DNA of 64,000 nucleotides from the human T2T-CHM13v2.0 reference genome, Homo sapiens: assembly GCF_009914755.1 (NCBI RefSeq), contig NC_060942.1; one strand, 5' to 3'. Below the pieces are notes generated by a model that was not told the origin of the DNA, ran no database searches, and saw only the letters and a list, made by a program, of their open reading frames with translations. Shown here piece after piece: positions 1-17,757 of the stretch (positions are counted from its first letter, which is position 1; each line of letters begins with the position of its first letter). Made by a program: the position numbers and the translations under genes.

Positions 1-2
1 AG

Positions 3-538
3 TGTGTCTGGAGTTGGTTCCTGCCAGTGGGTTTGTGGTCTCGCTGACTTCAAGAATGGAGCCATGGACCTTTGCAGTGTTAGAACTCTTGAAGATGGCA
101 CGGACCCAAAGAGTGAACAGCAGCAAGATTTATTGTGAAGAGCTAAAGAACAAAGCATCCACAGCGTTGATGGGGACCCGAGGCGGGTTACTGCTGCTGG
201 CTGGGGGGTGGCCAGCTTTTATTCCCTTATTTGTCCCCTCCCATGTTCTGTTTCTGTCCTGTCAGAGTGCCCTTTTTTCAATCCTCCCCGCGATTGCCTA
301 CTTTTAGACTCCTGCCGATGGTTGCATTTTACAGAGCACTGATTGGTGCATTTTACAATCCTCTTGCTCACTACAGAGTGCTGATTGGTGCATTTTTACA
401 GAGCACTGATTGGTGTATTTTACAATCCTCTTACTAGCTACAGAATGCTGATTGGTGCATTTTACAATCCTCTTCTAAGACAGAAAAGTTCTCCAAGTCC
501 CCACTCGACCCAGGAAGTCCAGCTGGCTTCACCTCTCA
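3..538 (-). mobile_element. Solo LTR, LTR12 family (LTR12F-like, HERV9)
   Basis: Begins tgtgtctggagttggttcc and ends cacctctca; tandem ctgattggtgcattttaca units typical of LTR12; followed by gaag, with visible 'ag' at 1-2 compatible with a 4-bp TSD. Confidence 0.85.
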
Positions 539-1003
539 GAAGGAGTCTCTGAGCAGAAAGGACCAGCTGGTGGAGAACGCACCGAGTTTTATAGTCCAGT
601 TTGAGGAGGTGTTGTCTGATTTACTAGGCCTCACAGATTGGTTCCATCATGTATGACATTTACAAAGCTCTCTGGGAAGGCTTGTCGCCCTACCCTAATC
701 TTCTTATGCAAATGGACTTTCCAGTTGATGGGGGCCATATTATCTGCTTCTTACCGTACACGTGGCTGGCAGAGAAGGCAAGATGGAGCCACCATCTTGA
801 AAAGGTCTAGTCCTTAGTTCCTGCTGGCATTCATCTGTGCAGCAAGCTGCCAGCTTGCTTGTCTATGTCTGCAGCTCAACTTTTATCAGCTGCTCTTTGT
901 TAGAAAATTATTTGGGGCTGCTTTTCATTAAAAGGAAAGCCCTACCAAGGACTCCCATGCCCTTGCTATCTCCCTAAGTAATTCCTTTTTACCTCCTATA
1001 TCA
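539..1003 (-). mobile_element. ERV1 LTR, MER61/LTR9-like, interrupted by the LTR12
   Basis: Reverse complement starts TGATATAGGAGGTAAAAAGGAATTACTTAGGGAGATAG and contains aaaagcagccccaaa...ctaacaaagagcagc, as recalled for MER61/LTR9. Confidence 0.7.
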
Positions 1004-1219
1004 CCACAAGCCAGCTTTCCTGGGAGTCCCCTAGTTTCTCTCCAGGCCCTATCACCACTGAATCTGTCAGCATCTTTTTGGTGCACTCAGGCCTCCTGGC
1101 TCTCCTCCTCAGTATAGCCTTGAATTAATCACCAACTTATCACATAGTGAACAGATGTAGCCTTTTCCAAATCACTCAGGGTCTTCATTCTGAACCCAAA
1201 TCACCACTCTGTGCTTTAA

Positions 1220-1595
1220 AATATCTCTCCCTTGCAGTTTGGTGTGGGTGTAGGACTACATTCTGGCCAATGGAGCTTGAGCAGAAGTGATACATGCAAC
1301 TTTCAAGTCATGCCCCGTGCCCGTTCTTTTCTTTCTGCAGGAGGGAATACAGATGAATTGGCAGGATCAGGAGCAGCCATGTTGCACCAAGAGAAGATGA
1401 AAAAAGCATATGTTGCAGATTGCAAAGTAACTAGGTAAGCATTTGAGTCCCTAAAACTATTCCTGGTATGACTGGTAGCGGCATACTAGCTTGGTCTTTT
1501 TTGTGTCAGAGAAATAAACCTTCATCTCACTTAAATCAGTATTATTTGGGGCCACTCTCTCTGTAGTAGGAGTGAAACTAGTATCCTAACTAATT
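1220..1595 (+). mobile_element. Old MaLR LTR (MLT1J/K-like)
   Basis: tctggccaatggagcttgagcagaagtga and 3' gagaaataaacc...tatcctaactaat motifs. Confidence 0.5.
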
Positions 1596-2302
1596 TAACT
1601 GTCAAAAGAAAAAAAAATATGAGGCGAGAAAATAAGGAATCAAGAAACAAAAGTCAAGTTTTACTCACTTCATAGCTTGGCTCAAAAGCAACTTTAAATA
1701 TGTGAGAAATGCAACAAATGATAATCATGCATACAGAGAAATTCCTCAAGTGACAAATGCTTTTACTTTCATTTCCTTTCTTGAAAATTGACAGAGTAAG
1801 ATTCAGATGCATGTACTGACACTCACGTCAGTAACATCGGCTCAGGTTAGACTTTGGTCGTCTTATCCTTCGACTACCTAAGGGACTCATGGCCAGTATA
1901 TTTTACAACCCCCAGTGCCAGTTACTGAATTCTCACCTGAGAATGAATTCCCTAAGTCTGTAATGTTTCATCATCTTGCAACACAGATAAGCCTGTGTTT
2001 AGAGCAGGCTTTTCCATATGAGTCCCTCCTCTTTCACACTGGGGCTGAGTAGAAGGTGATTGACCTGCCTGAGACTTTATCAGTTTGGAGTTCATGTTCC
2101 ATGTGGTGTTGGAGGGAGCAATGGAGGCTGTGAAATCAGACATCCTGCTTTTTGACAGGGTTGTTTGATGACTCACCCAAGCCATTTTTTATTCTCGGTG
2201 CATATTCTAGTTTCCCTTCTCCCGACAGTAGCCTGATGCACCTGTGCTTGCACTGTCCTTAAGCCTGTTGCTATTGTTATGTGGTGTCACTGAGCCCAAC
2301 AC

Positions 2303-2333
2303 TGCGTGCGTGTGTGTGTGTGTGTGTGTGTGT
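2303..2333. repeat. (TG)n microsatellite
   Basis: tgcgtgcg followed by about 11 TG units. Confidence 0.95.
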
Positions 2334-2532
2334 TGAAAGGGGTAGGAAAGTGAGGATGATTTTCAACCATTAAACCCTTAAGGGGCCATCTTCTGAAGCC
2401 TGGCATCATCATTTTTGTTCTCAAGAACATTTAAGTCAAAAATAACAAGGTTCCTTTTGCTCATCTTCAAATTATTTTACTTGTTTGATCCAACTGCTAA
2501 CTAGAAGGTGAATTCTTTCTGCTGTCATTTCA

Positions 2533-2796
<264 letters not shown>

Positions 2797-3322
2797 TTAT
2801 ACCTTCAATCATACCATTTGTGGCTTAGGAACCCCTAATATATTACATGGAGGGTAATGTAGACACCAAGAAAATGATTGAAAACAATTTATGCCTAAAT
2901 ACATTTGTATTCTTCTTTAGAGAAACCTAGTAGACAAACTAAAAGCTACTAAGCAAATAAATCAAGGTACTGTATTTTACAAAATGACTCAATTTATGCA
3001 TCATTTAAAGAGTGTGGATCCCTTGGGAACTTTAAACTTGGTTGCATTAGTTAAACAGTTGCTTCATTCAGATCCCTCTAGGAACTTGGGCAGCACAAGG
3101 GAAGGGGGGCCTCTGTTCCTACTGTGTGGTCCTGGTGATCTGTGTAGGTATCTTCTTTTACCGGGTTAAGTGATAAAAACGGTGTCTTGTGCTCTTTTAT
3201 CCAAGTCCAAGGAGCATCTTTGTGGGTGTGGGGTTGCAATTATACCTTTCCTCCCTGGGCTGAATCCACAAAGAAGAAGAGAAAAATAACATTTCTGGAG
3301 GCCTGGCCAAGCCCTGGAATAA

Positions 3323-3758
<436 letters not shown>

Positions 3759-4355
3759 TAATGGAGACAGTGAAGGCATAAAAGTGTTCATGCTAAAGAC
3801 CATTTTGAAAATCCAGCCACTTCCTGTCTGTTACACTCCAGCTGCCTATGTCCTCATCGTGTAATGGGAGGGTCACTCTAGAAGAGGAATGGGCCACCGA
3901 CTGTCTAATGTGACCATCCTCCTGCTGAACTTGGGGAAAACGTCACTTTTTGCTCTGAACCCAGACCTAACCTCTGGATCTTGCTCTATGCCATGCTCCA
4001 GAAAGCCACCACTATCAATGTGAGTTGCCACAAAAATTCAATTTTTTGTTTAATAGACTTAGGATCTTCAGTGAAACTTATGGCCATCCCCAGTGGTCAC
4101 TTCCATCTCTAACATCTCACGACTTTATGAAAATAAAACAACCAGCTATCATCAGGGAGAGAACACAGAGTTAGGAGTTAGTGGATAAGGGTGAGGGTCA
4201 TGGGTGAGTTACTTCCCTTCTCAAGCCCCCTACTCTCTCCTTCAGATCTACATGTTACTGTCTCAGGCCAGGTTCCCTGACCATCCTGTTTGCAGTGACA
4301 ACTGTTGCCCCCCACCTCTAAGTACTCCCTACCCCACTTCCCGTTTTATATCTGA

Positions 4356-5055
<700 letters not shown>

Positions 5056-5496
5056 TATTTTGAGCTGATTATTTTGGGAAACTGCAACCACAGGAGAAGC
5101 TCTGAAAACAGAGTGGAAGTTACCCTATCATCCACATTACCCCAGGAGGACAGGATGACTCTAAGTCACTGGAGACAGTTATCCTTTATTGATGGAGAAG
5201 GCACTGACTTAAATCTCCATAACAAATCTTACTCTTATTTGCCAGTTTTTCCTGAGCATAATCAACTTTCCCTACACCCTTCTTTTTGTTTCAGCAGACA
5301 TGGCATTTAAGTGTGAGTTCAAAGCCACCTCTTTGAAATTTACCAATTTCTCTGGGTATCTCCCTGTATACTACACGAGGTATACATGTTAATAATCTTC
5401 TGTTTATTTGTCTCTTTTTAATCTGTTTTTTGTTACAGTGGCCCATCCCAACTAAGAATTATGAAAGATTGAGAGAAAATTATCTATTTCCCTACA
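5056..5496 (+). mobile_element. ERV1 LTR, MER34-like
   Basis: tattttgagctgattattttgggaaactgca...ggagaagctctgaaaacagag and terminal gagaaaattatctatttccctaca. Confidence 0.6.
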
Positions 5497-5561
5497 TTTA
5501 TAGTAATGTAAATAGCATAGCCACTCTGGAAAATATCAGTTTCTTAAAAAGCTAAACACTT

Positions 5562-5843
5562 GGCCAGGCACAGTGGCTCACATCTGTAATCCTAACACCT
5601 TGGGAGGCCAAGGCGGGCAGATCACCTGAGGTCAGGGGTTTGAGACCAGGCTGGCCAACATGTCAAAACCCCGTCACTACTAAAAAATACAAAAATTAGC
5701 TGGGAGTGATGGCAGGCGCCAATAATCCCAGCCATTCAGGAGGCTGAGGCAGGAGAATGGCTTGAACCTCGGAGGCGGAGGTTGCAGGGGGCAAAGATCG
5801 CGTCACTGCACTTCAGCCTGGGCGGCAGAGCAAGACTCTGTCT

Positions 5844-5886
<43 letters not shown>
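5562..5886 (+). mobile_element. AluS with 42-nt pure poly(A) tail
   Basis: Alu body 5562-5844, uninterrupted A run 5845-5886. Confidence 0.95.
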
Positions 5887-6657
<771 letters not shown>

Positions 6658-6671
6658 GAAATTGTAGTTGG

Positions 6672-8050
6672 GCTCTCAAGCTTAGCGTGTGGTCAGTGGG
6701 GAACCACACGGGTTCAACATGCGCATCGAGAAGTGTTATTTCTGTTCGGGGCCCATCTACCCTGGCTATGACATGTTGTTCATCCACAACGATTGCAAAG
6801 TGTTCGGATTTTGTAAATCTAAATGTCATAAACACTTTAAAAAGAAGTGCAATCCTCGCAAAGTTAGGCGGACCAAACCATTCCAGAAAGCAGCTGGTAA
6901 AGAGCTTACAGTAGATAATTCATTTGAATTTGACAAACATAGAAATGAACTTATCAAATACCAGCGAGAGCTATGGAATAAAACTATTGATGCAATGAAG
7001 AGAGTTGAAGAGATCAAACAGAAACACCAAGCTAAATTTATAATGAACAGATTGAAGAAAAATAAAGAGCTACAGAAAGTTCAGGATATCAAAGAAGTCA
7101 AGCAAAGCATCCATCTTACCCAAGCCCGTCTTGCAGGCAAAGGGAAGGAGTTGGAAGAGAAAATGGTACAGCAGTTACAACAGGATGTGGACATGAAGAT
7201 GCTTCTTAAACATTTCTGTAACCATTTATTTTATGGACATTTGAAAATGCCCTTTGGAGACTTGGAACTGCTAAATTATTAGTTTATTTTTTACATAAGT
7301 TCATTTAAATGAAAAGTGATTAAAATATATCTCTCCTACACTGCCATCTACAAAACACAAGATATTACGGATGTTAGATTGCATCTCAGTATTAAATCTT
7401 CACTGATATGTGTACTTATGTAAATCACGAAAATTCTACTTATAACTGTAGAAGTGAATTGTGGACGTAAAATGGTTATGTCATCTGGATAATGGACTAG
7501 ACAGCATTTGTATAATCACTAATGGCAAAAAATCATGGCTAGTGATGTATAAAATAAAATATTCTTTGCAGTAAAATATTCACTTTATTAATGTTATAGA
7601 AGGGGGGAGACAACAAGGAACTAACAATTTGTATGACGGTGTCAAATATTTTGATTTTAGTATTTCCTGTTTTGGTTTATTTGCATCTTAGAAGAGCATA
7701 ATGACATTGTTTGATGAAGCCTAATTATGCTGGACTGTTTCAACTTGGTTTAACCTTTCTGATAGGTAGTTGTGGATGTTTGGGATGAGAACTGAATAAT
7801 CTTTGCCTGGAGTGACACTACACTCTAGAATTTCCACTTTGGAGAATACTCAGTTCTAACTTCTGATTCCTGGTAGAAAAAACTTTATTTTTCTAGCCTA
7901 GCAATGATCTAGAAGCAGAGGAATCCTAGTGCCTTTTAAAAGTTATTATGTGGTTTTCTGTTAAAAAGCTCCTGTTTTTGGAAAGTAGAATTTATGGATA
8001 CAACATCTGCTCATTATTTGCACATAAAATAAAACCATTTAAAAAGAAAA
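6672..8050 (+). pseudogene. RSL24D1P: Processed pseudogene of RSL24D1 (ribosomal L24 domain-containing 1 / Rlp24); ATG 6719, ancestral stop 7207-7209
   Basis: Intronless [16 protein letters not shown]...FCKSKCHK...[15 protein letters not shown]...QDIKEVKQ matches RSL24D1; long 3' UTR, AATAAA 8028-8033, A tract 8041-8053, TSD aaatt(g/a)tagttgg at 6659-6671 and 8051-8063; 1-bp deletion near 7196 shifts the last four codons. Confidence 0.96.
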
Positions 8051-8552
8051 AAATTATAGTTGGACATAAAACAATGTTTAAATTTAAAATTACCTCAGGA
8101 TATAGACATGCATGGAACTAATATTTTATACATAATCTTAACTTGCTTTTGTCAGTGTATCTACTTGTAAATGTGTCTCACCATTCGGTTCCCTGTGTTC
8201 TGTTGCTGAATATGGTGTTATAGCACTTCTGGTATGATAGCCGTGGACTGTTCTCTGATTTTCTCCATTTTTTGCTAATGATGTGTAACTATGACATGTG
8301 GACAGTACCCGGATTGCCTGGTTTGATCACTATGGCTACTTATGTAAGCATCTCATGGCAAATCTTGTCAGAGCACATATAGATTCTGTGAATCTGCATG
8401 GTCAGAGTAAGCTTGCTCTCTTTGGGTGGCTGGAGGGTTATGAATATTTTTCACAACTGTCACTTCCTGAACTTGACCTTTGGTATACTTTCCAGATTTG
8501 CTAATGCATCTGCTATGCTTGAGGCATGGCTTTAAAATAATATAACTTTTTC

Positions 8553-9122
<570 letters not shown>

Positions 9123-9123
9123 T

Positions 9124-9182
9124 TTATATATATATATATAAAGATTATATATATAAAATATTATGTATATAATATATATATA
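9124..9182. repeat. (TA)n-rich tract derived from an Alu tail
   Basis: tatatatatatatataaagattatatatataaaatattatgtatataatatatata. Confidence 0.9.
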
Positions 9183-9318
9183 ACTTTCTCAAAGCAAACG
9201 ATACCATTTTGATCTCCTATTATGTACTAGTTGTTACATATGTTATCTTATTTAGAACTTATACTAATCTAGTGAAATATGTGTTTCTTTCCTTGTAGAA
9301 CATAAACAAGAGAAATTA

Positions 9319-9674
<356 letters not shown>

Positions 9675-10204
9675 TTAGAATTTGTCTACCTACTTACCTA
9701 CCTACCTGTATCTATCATCAAAAGTAATTCAGCACAAATTAAAATAAGGAAGTATTTTTAACTTACAGGTTATAGAATGCATTTCCAATGCCACCAAAGA
9801 TGCAGAGAACCCTCTGTATTGCTGGAGAAAGTGTGAATTGCTACTACTTTTTGGAAAGCATGTTGACAATATATTATGTCCACAGCCTTTAAAAATGTTC
9901 ACACCTTTTAATGAGTCATTCTACTTTTAGGCATGTATGATATATTTTGAAAACTTTGTAACAATTGACATCCACTGCAGCCACAGTCTAATGGAGGGAA
10001 ACGGAAACCCAGTCCACCACCTACACAATCTATTCCAACCCCAATTTACCATAAGGTTTTACTTCTGTTATGACTTTTTGCATGCATTTTTTTTAACACG
10101 TTGGCTTTCTTGGGAGGGTAAAGTTTTTTCAAGAACTAAGTGTATTTTCAAGAACCCAGCACATAATAGATGCTCTGAATAAATTTTATTCACCAATTTT
10201 ATTC

Positions 10205-10412
10205 ACTGGCTTACCACGAGCCAGTCCTGTACAGACATTAATTTATTTCAAGACAACCCTATAAAGTAGGCTTTTCTTTCATATTTTATAGGTGAGGAAA
10301 CTTGAGGCAGAGAGAGAATAAGTAATTAGCCCAAGGTCATACAGCTAGTAAGAAGTGGGGTAAGGTGGGAAGCCAGGCAACCTCTCCTGAGCTCTAGGCT
10401 CTTAACTGCCTC
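10205..10412 (-). mobile_element. MIR
   Basis: attttataggtgaggaaacttgaggcagagag...gcccaaggtcatacagctagtaag MIR core. Confidence 0.8.
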
Positions 10413-10771
10413 TCCAGTGTGAGCAGACAGTCACAAAATGTGCCAGGACTGCACCAGTTGATATACATGTTAATTAAATAAACATGAACCCAGGACGACA
10501 CTGATAAATAATCATGAGAATATTAGAGCATTCTCTTAGTGAAACATTATATAATCATTGACATCATGCTTTCAAAACTTACACATTAGTCTGGATAAAT
10601 GTTTTTAACACTAAGCAAAAATCAGGAGACAGAAGTGTATGTGCAGCATGGTTATACCTAACACAAAATGACTGGAAAGAAACACATCAAAAGTGTCAAG
10701 AAGCTGCAAATCAGATGGGCATTCATTCATCTCTCCTTTTCACTGTTAATTTCCATTTTCCTTTAATCAGC

Positions 10772-11203
10772 CTATTAGTTTGCTACTGCTGCTGTAACAA
10801 AGTTCCACAAACTGGGTGACTTAAAACAACAGAAATTTATTCTCTCACAGGAGCCCAGAAATCTGAAATTGAAGTTTGGATAGGATTGGTTCCTTCTGGA
10901 GGCTGTTGGGGAGAATCTGTTCTTGCCTCTCTTAGCTTCTGGTGGTGGCTGTCATCCTTGGGGTTTCCTGGCTTGTAGTTGTGTTCCTGCAATCTCTGCT
11001 GCTGTCTTCACACGCCCTTCTTCCCTGAGCATCTTCATATGGCCTTCTTGTAAGGAGTAAGTCATTGGATTTGGGTTCAAATCTAACCCAGTATAACCTC
11101 ATCTTAACTCATTATTCTGCAAAGATCCTTTCACCAAATAAGGTCACATTCCGAGGTTCTGGGTACACATAAATTTTGAGGGGATACTACTTACCCCAGT
11201 ATA
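10772..11203 (-). mobile_element. MLT1B/C solo LTR
   Basis: tattagtttgctactgctgctgtaacaaagttccacaaactgggtgacttaaaacaacagaaatttattctctcacag...ccaaataaggtcacattccgaggt. Confidence 0.85.
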
Positions 11204-11373
11204 ATGAGCAATTTTTTTCTATTATTTTATATTGGAAAAATGTAAACATTAAGAAAATAGAAGCTTGAGCCTAACTTCTATGAAGTTAGGTGGATGATTA
11301 AACAGAATCAGAATAGTTGTAACTAAGTGATGGTACAGCTAAAACACTTTTTCCAACATGGTCACAGACATAA

Positions 11374-11520
11374 AGCAGCATGGCAGCTTAGTACAAATAC
11401 TAGATCTAGAAACTTCAGCCTGGGTTAGATTCCTGCCTCCCCACCTGCCTTGTGTGCCTTTGGGTGAAGGGCTCAAACATTCTGAAACTTGTCTTCCACT
11501 CCTGTACAGAAAGAAAGCTA
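11374..11520 (+). mobile_element. MIR fragment
   Basis: cctgggttagattcctgcctcc...tgtgtgcctttgggtgaag diverged MIR head. Confidence 0.5.
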
Positions 11521-12718
11521 TGGGTATTTTAGACTTCAACTGTTTCTAGCCAGACAACTGGACCTTCCAAGAGGTCCAGCATAAATCATTTCCATGGGGA
11601 AGTAAACTTTTTCCTGTCTTTTTCCTCTCACTGGGGCTGGAGAGATGGGAGAAAGGAGTAAAAAATATTTTAAAGCCTTGCATGTTCCCCTGGGAGGCCA
11701 GGGTGCAAGAAGAGCTCATGAATGGATATTTGGCTGAGGTGTGACCTGGAGTGTTTTGCATAATGAAGCAAGGCTGGTTGAGCTGGCAGAGATCCAAGGA
11801 AGGGGGCTGGAGGGATGAGGGAGTCTGTAATGGGAGTGAGGAGCAGGAGGTCACAGCCACGTGGCAGAAGCCTTGCAGCCTGTGGAGGAAAGCCCACCTA
11901 GGGGTGAAGGTTTGCCAAGAAATTCTCAGGACTGAAGGAGAAGGTGCGCACTGTTCAGCATTAGGCTGTTTGCCCAGGAGTGCCATCGCATTCCCCAGTG
12001 TGAGAACGGCCACCTCTTGGTCGTTTTCTCAACCTTTGGTGAACACTTATGACATCGTGGGGAGAGATGGAGAAAAGGACTTTGTGTTCTCATCTGGGGC
12101 GTCATGCTGGGGCACCCGAACACAGAACCCATGAGTGAGCCTTGAAGGGGCCAACTGAGCCAGAGGAGGTTGGAAGAGCTGCGCCACTCCTGTCCCACTG
12201 CAGGTGGGATAGAGTTCCCGCTAATTTCATTTACATTTGTACCTCAAAGCACGAAGTGGTTTAGCTGACTTCTGCTCTTCATGAAGGGCCCAGCTCACAT
12301 CCTTTAGTAATAATTCAAACATTCTGACTTGCACTGGGCAGCATGTTTATCATAAATGCAAGGACTGCTACTTTGGTGTAGGAAATTATTTAAACGTGTA
12401 AACTCTCATATACCAATTTGCAAATCAAACTCTTTTCAAGGCTTTATTTCAATGTCGTTGTTAGCTTTTTTGACTTTTCTCATTTTCCCACTAGTTTGCT
12501 TGATTGCACATTATAGAAAATTCACCATTCTCATTCATTCTGATCCCACATTTAGACTTCTCTTTCAAGGACTTGAAAGAATTTATAAATATTTGCAATA
12601 CAGGATGCAAATTAATCCTTATACACACTTGGAAGGTACCCTGCAATATCTTTCCCCATCTATCACTCACCCACTGTTTATTGCCCTCTGAACAATGTCC
12701 AGCCTAGTTCCTTTCTTA

Positions 12719-13093
<375 letters not shown>

Positions 13094-13263
13094 AGAAATG
13101 CCGCCCTTCCCACAGCTACCCTACTTACCACGTTACTGCAGACTGCACCACCAGTGAATGTGACCCAAGTTGCAGTAAATGAAATATCTCCCAGAAATTT
13201 GGAGTTGGGACATAGGGACTGAGCAACTTATCATCTCTGAAGGACCAGACTGGAGAGAAAGGG

Positions 13264-13317
<54 letters not shown>
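13264..13317. repeat. (GA)n microsatellite
   Basis: About 27 GA units with one interruption. Confidence 0.95.
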
Positions 13318-13320
<3 letters not shown>

Positions 13321-13442
13321 TGCCTGGAGTTGCTACTCCCAGTTCTCAAGTTCAGTTGGGTTTCTTAAGATTTATCTCTTTATAATAAATCTCCCTTTAC
13401 ATGAATTAGCATGAGTGGGTTTTAGTTAATTAATTATACTAA

Positions 13443-13739
<297 letters not shown>

Positions 13740-13974
13740 AACCAAATAATTCTTCAGTCAGATTTTCAGAGTGAGTCTTCAAAACAAAGTTTATAAAATC
13801 AGTGAGTACATATTAACCATATTAGGAGCTAATCTCATTCATTTTTCTTTCCTTTTCTATTTCCTCTTTTAAAAATGTGAAATGTATCATCCATACAGAA
13901 GAGTGAGCAAAATTTACATATATGGTTTAAAGCAGCCCCTGGTTGAAACCATACGTATGTGTTTTATGCACTCT

Positions 13975-14171
13975 TCTAGGCCTGATGGTAAATATTTTTA
14001 GCTTTGCAGGATATATAGTCTCTGCCAAAACTGCTCTAGACTGCTATTACAGCATGGAAGCAGCTATACGAAATACGTAATGGATGAACATGGCTGTGTT
14101 CCAACAGAACTTTATTTATAAAAACAGATACTGGGCTGATTTGGCCCACAGGTCATAATTTGCTGATCCCT
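13975..14171 (+). mobile_element. MER58A (hAT-Charlie DNA transposon)
   Basis: gtaaatattttagctttgcagg...catggctgtgttccaacagaactttatttataaaaacag...tttgctgatccctg. Confidence 0.8.
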
Positions 14172-14174
14172 GGC

Positions 14175-14645
14175 TTGAGGAAAAATTTTAAAGCAAAGGT
14201 CTGTATAACCACCACTCAAGTTAAGACATAGACACAGACACATCCCTGTGTGTCCCTCCTAGATGAGAACACTTCAGTCCTCTCTAGACTGGGCCCCTAT
14301 CCTGACACTTGGGATGAACATTTTCTTGAGTCTTTTTATAACTTTGCCGTGTATGTATGTAATTCTAAACAGTATAGCTTATTTTGCCTTATTTTTTGAA
14401 AAGAGAACCGTATTTAATGCATGCATCCTTTTTTCTCCTCCTCTTCCTTCTTGGCTTGCTTTTTTATGTTTGTGAAATTCACACACAAGTAGCTGTAATT
14501 TGCCTTATTACTGTACAGTTTTTCATTGTATATAAGACACCAGAATGTTTGTTTGTTTCTTAAATATATTCCACTGCTGATTAAAATTTGGGCTGTTTTC
14601 AGTTGGGGAGCAATAATGAACAATGTAGCCATGAATGTTTCAAAT
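14175..14645 (-). mobile_element. Old L1ME fragment
   Basis: atttgggctgttttcagttggggagcaataatgaacaatgtagccatgaa antisense L1M motif. Confidence 0.6.
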
Positions 14646-14886
14646 GTCCTCTGAAACCTAAAACCTATTAGTCACCACCTTGTTATTTGGCAGAATATAG
14701 AAGCTAACAGATAAGGGAGCCTTGGTGACACAGTGAATAAAGATTAGCCCCCAGCCATTCAGAGCAGAGAGGAGAGGGTGGAGAGTAACTCTCAAGGGCA
14801 GTCCAAGAATATGCAGCACTCATGTCTCAACGACTTTCAAAGGATTGAAAGAAGTCACAGCATCTTCTCTCACCAAATGCAATTTA

Positions 14887-15224
<338 letters not shown>

Positions 15225-15237
15225 AGAAAATTCTCAT

Positions 15238-15373
15238 GGCTGGGCATGGTGGCTCACATCTGTAATCCCAGCACTTTGGGAGGCCGAGGCAGGTGGATCA
15301 CTTGAGCCCAGGAGTTCAAGACCAGCCTAGGCAACATGGTGAAAACCCATCTCTATTTAAAATTTTTAAAAAA
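15238..15373 (+). mobile_element. Alu left monomer (FLAM-like)
   Basis: Monomer with A-rich tail, flanked by agaaaattctcat on both sides. Confidence 0.88.
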
Positions 15374-15588
15374 GAAGGAGAAAATTCTCATATGTTCAAA
15401 AATCAAGAAATTGTTTTAAGAACCCCACAGATTAAAGAATAAGTCCTACTGAAAATTTAAAAAAAATTTTTGAATGGTAATGAAATACCACATATTTAAA
15501 TTTGGGGGTACAACTGAAGTAGAAAATAGATGAAAATTTGTAGCTTCATATTTGCATGTAATACACAGTTTAAAATAGACTAAGATAG

Positions 15589-15954
15589 TGTATTAGTTTG
15601 TTTTCATGCTGCTGATAAAGACATACCTGAGACTGGGCAATTTACGAAAGAAAGAGGTTGATTGGACTTACAGTTCCACATGGCTGGGGAGGCCTCAAGA
15701 TCATGGCAGAAGGCAAGGAGGAGCAAGTCACATCTTATGTGGATGGCAGCAGGCAAAGAGAGAGCTTATGCAGGGAAACTCTCATTTTTAAAACCATCAG
15801 ATCTTGTGAGACCCATTCACTATCATGAGAACAGCACGAGAAAGTCCCGTCCTCATAATTCAATCATCTCTCACTGGGTCCCTCCCACAACAAGTGGGAA
15901 TTATGGGAGCTACAAGATGAGATTTGGATGGGGTCACAGAGCCAAACCATATCA
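15589..15954 (-). mobile_element. THE1A/B solo LTR
   Basis: tgtattagt...ccaaaccatatca termini; perfect 5-bp TSD gatag at 15584-15588 and 15955-15959. Confidence 0.93.
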
Positions 15955-16126
15955 GATAGAAATGGTGAAAGGCTGAAAATTAATGAGCTGAGTATCTATC
16001 TAAAGAACTTAAAGAGCCACAAAATAAGCCCAAAGAATATAAAATAAGTAAATATATAGTAGTAATAAGAAAGTAAGTAATAGAAAGATAAGAATAGAAA
16101 ACAATGAAATAGAAAACAAATATACT

Positions 16127-16854
<728 letters not shown>

Positions 16855-17457
16855 GGAACATTACTTAAGCGCCACAGACATTAAAAAGATATGAGTAAGT
16901 TGTGAACAACTTTTTGCCAGTTCATTTGAAAAATTAAGTTAAATGGACAATTTCATATAGACATATATTATATAGGAATCTCTATCATAATAAGTGAGTA
17001 CAAAGTGAGTAATTGTAATGCTCAGATCTGGGGAGGATGGAATCTCAGGGAGGGGAGCTGCATTTCCACTGATATTTGGTGATCTAGGAGCGGGTGCCTG
17101 AGAGGCTGATCAATGCTTTTGGACAACCTTGCAGGGATTGCAGGGAGAGGTGCACTGGCATCCTGGAGTCCAGGGCTGCCAAGAAGGTAAGGCCCCGATG
17201 AGCAACTTTTGCTTTGTGTCAGAACCCTGAAGGGCTACACGCTATGAATAGGGGTGAACTAGAATATAACACACTATTGTTGGGACTGCAGCTCAACCTC
17301 AAATCTTCCCAGTCTCTCAAATTGGATTGCTAGTGTTCCAGGCTCCTGGCAGGGGCAAATTTCTCTAGAGAAAGATGGCATCAACCTAGGCATCAAATTA
17401 TTTCTAAAAATAATTTTGCAAATATAAAGTCCAGCACAGAATAAAAAACAACAAGGC

Positions 17458-17757
<300 letters not shown>

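Noticed and set aside
300-475. Repeated ~25-40 bp units reminiscent of a CRISPR-like array
   Set aside because: Normal internal tandem CCAAT repeats of LTR12; no unique spacers; eukaryotic context.
6689-6718. N-terminal extension [10 protein letters not shown] of the 197-aa ORF
   Set aside because: Starts at a GTG in retrocopied 5' UTR; the homologous start is ATG 6719.
11546-12198. Overlapping ORFs up to 155 aa in moderately GC-rich unique sequence
   Set aside because: No recognisable domain, ORFs on both strands, no convincing splice structure.
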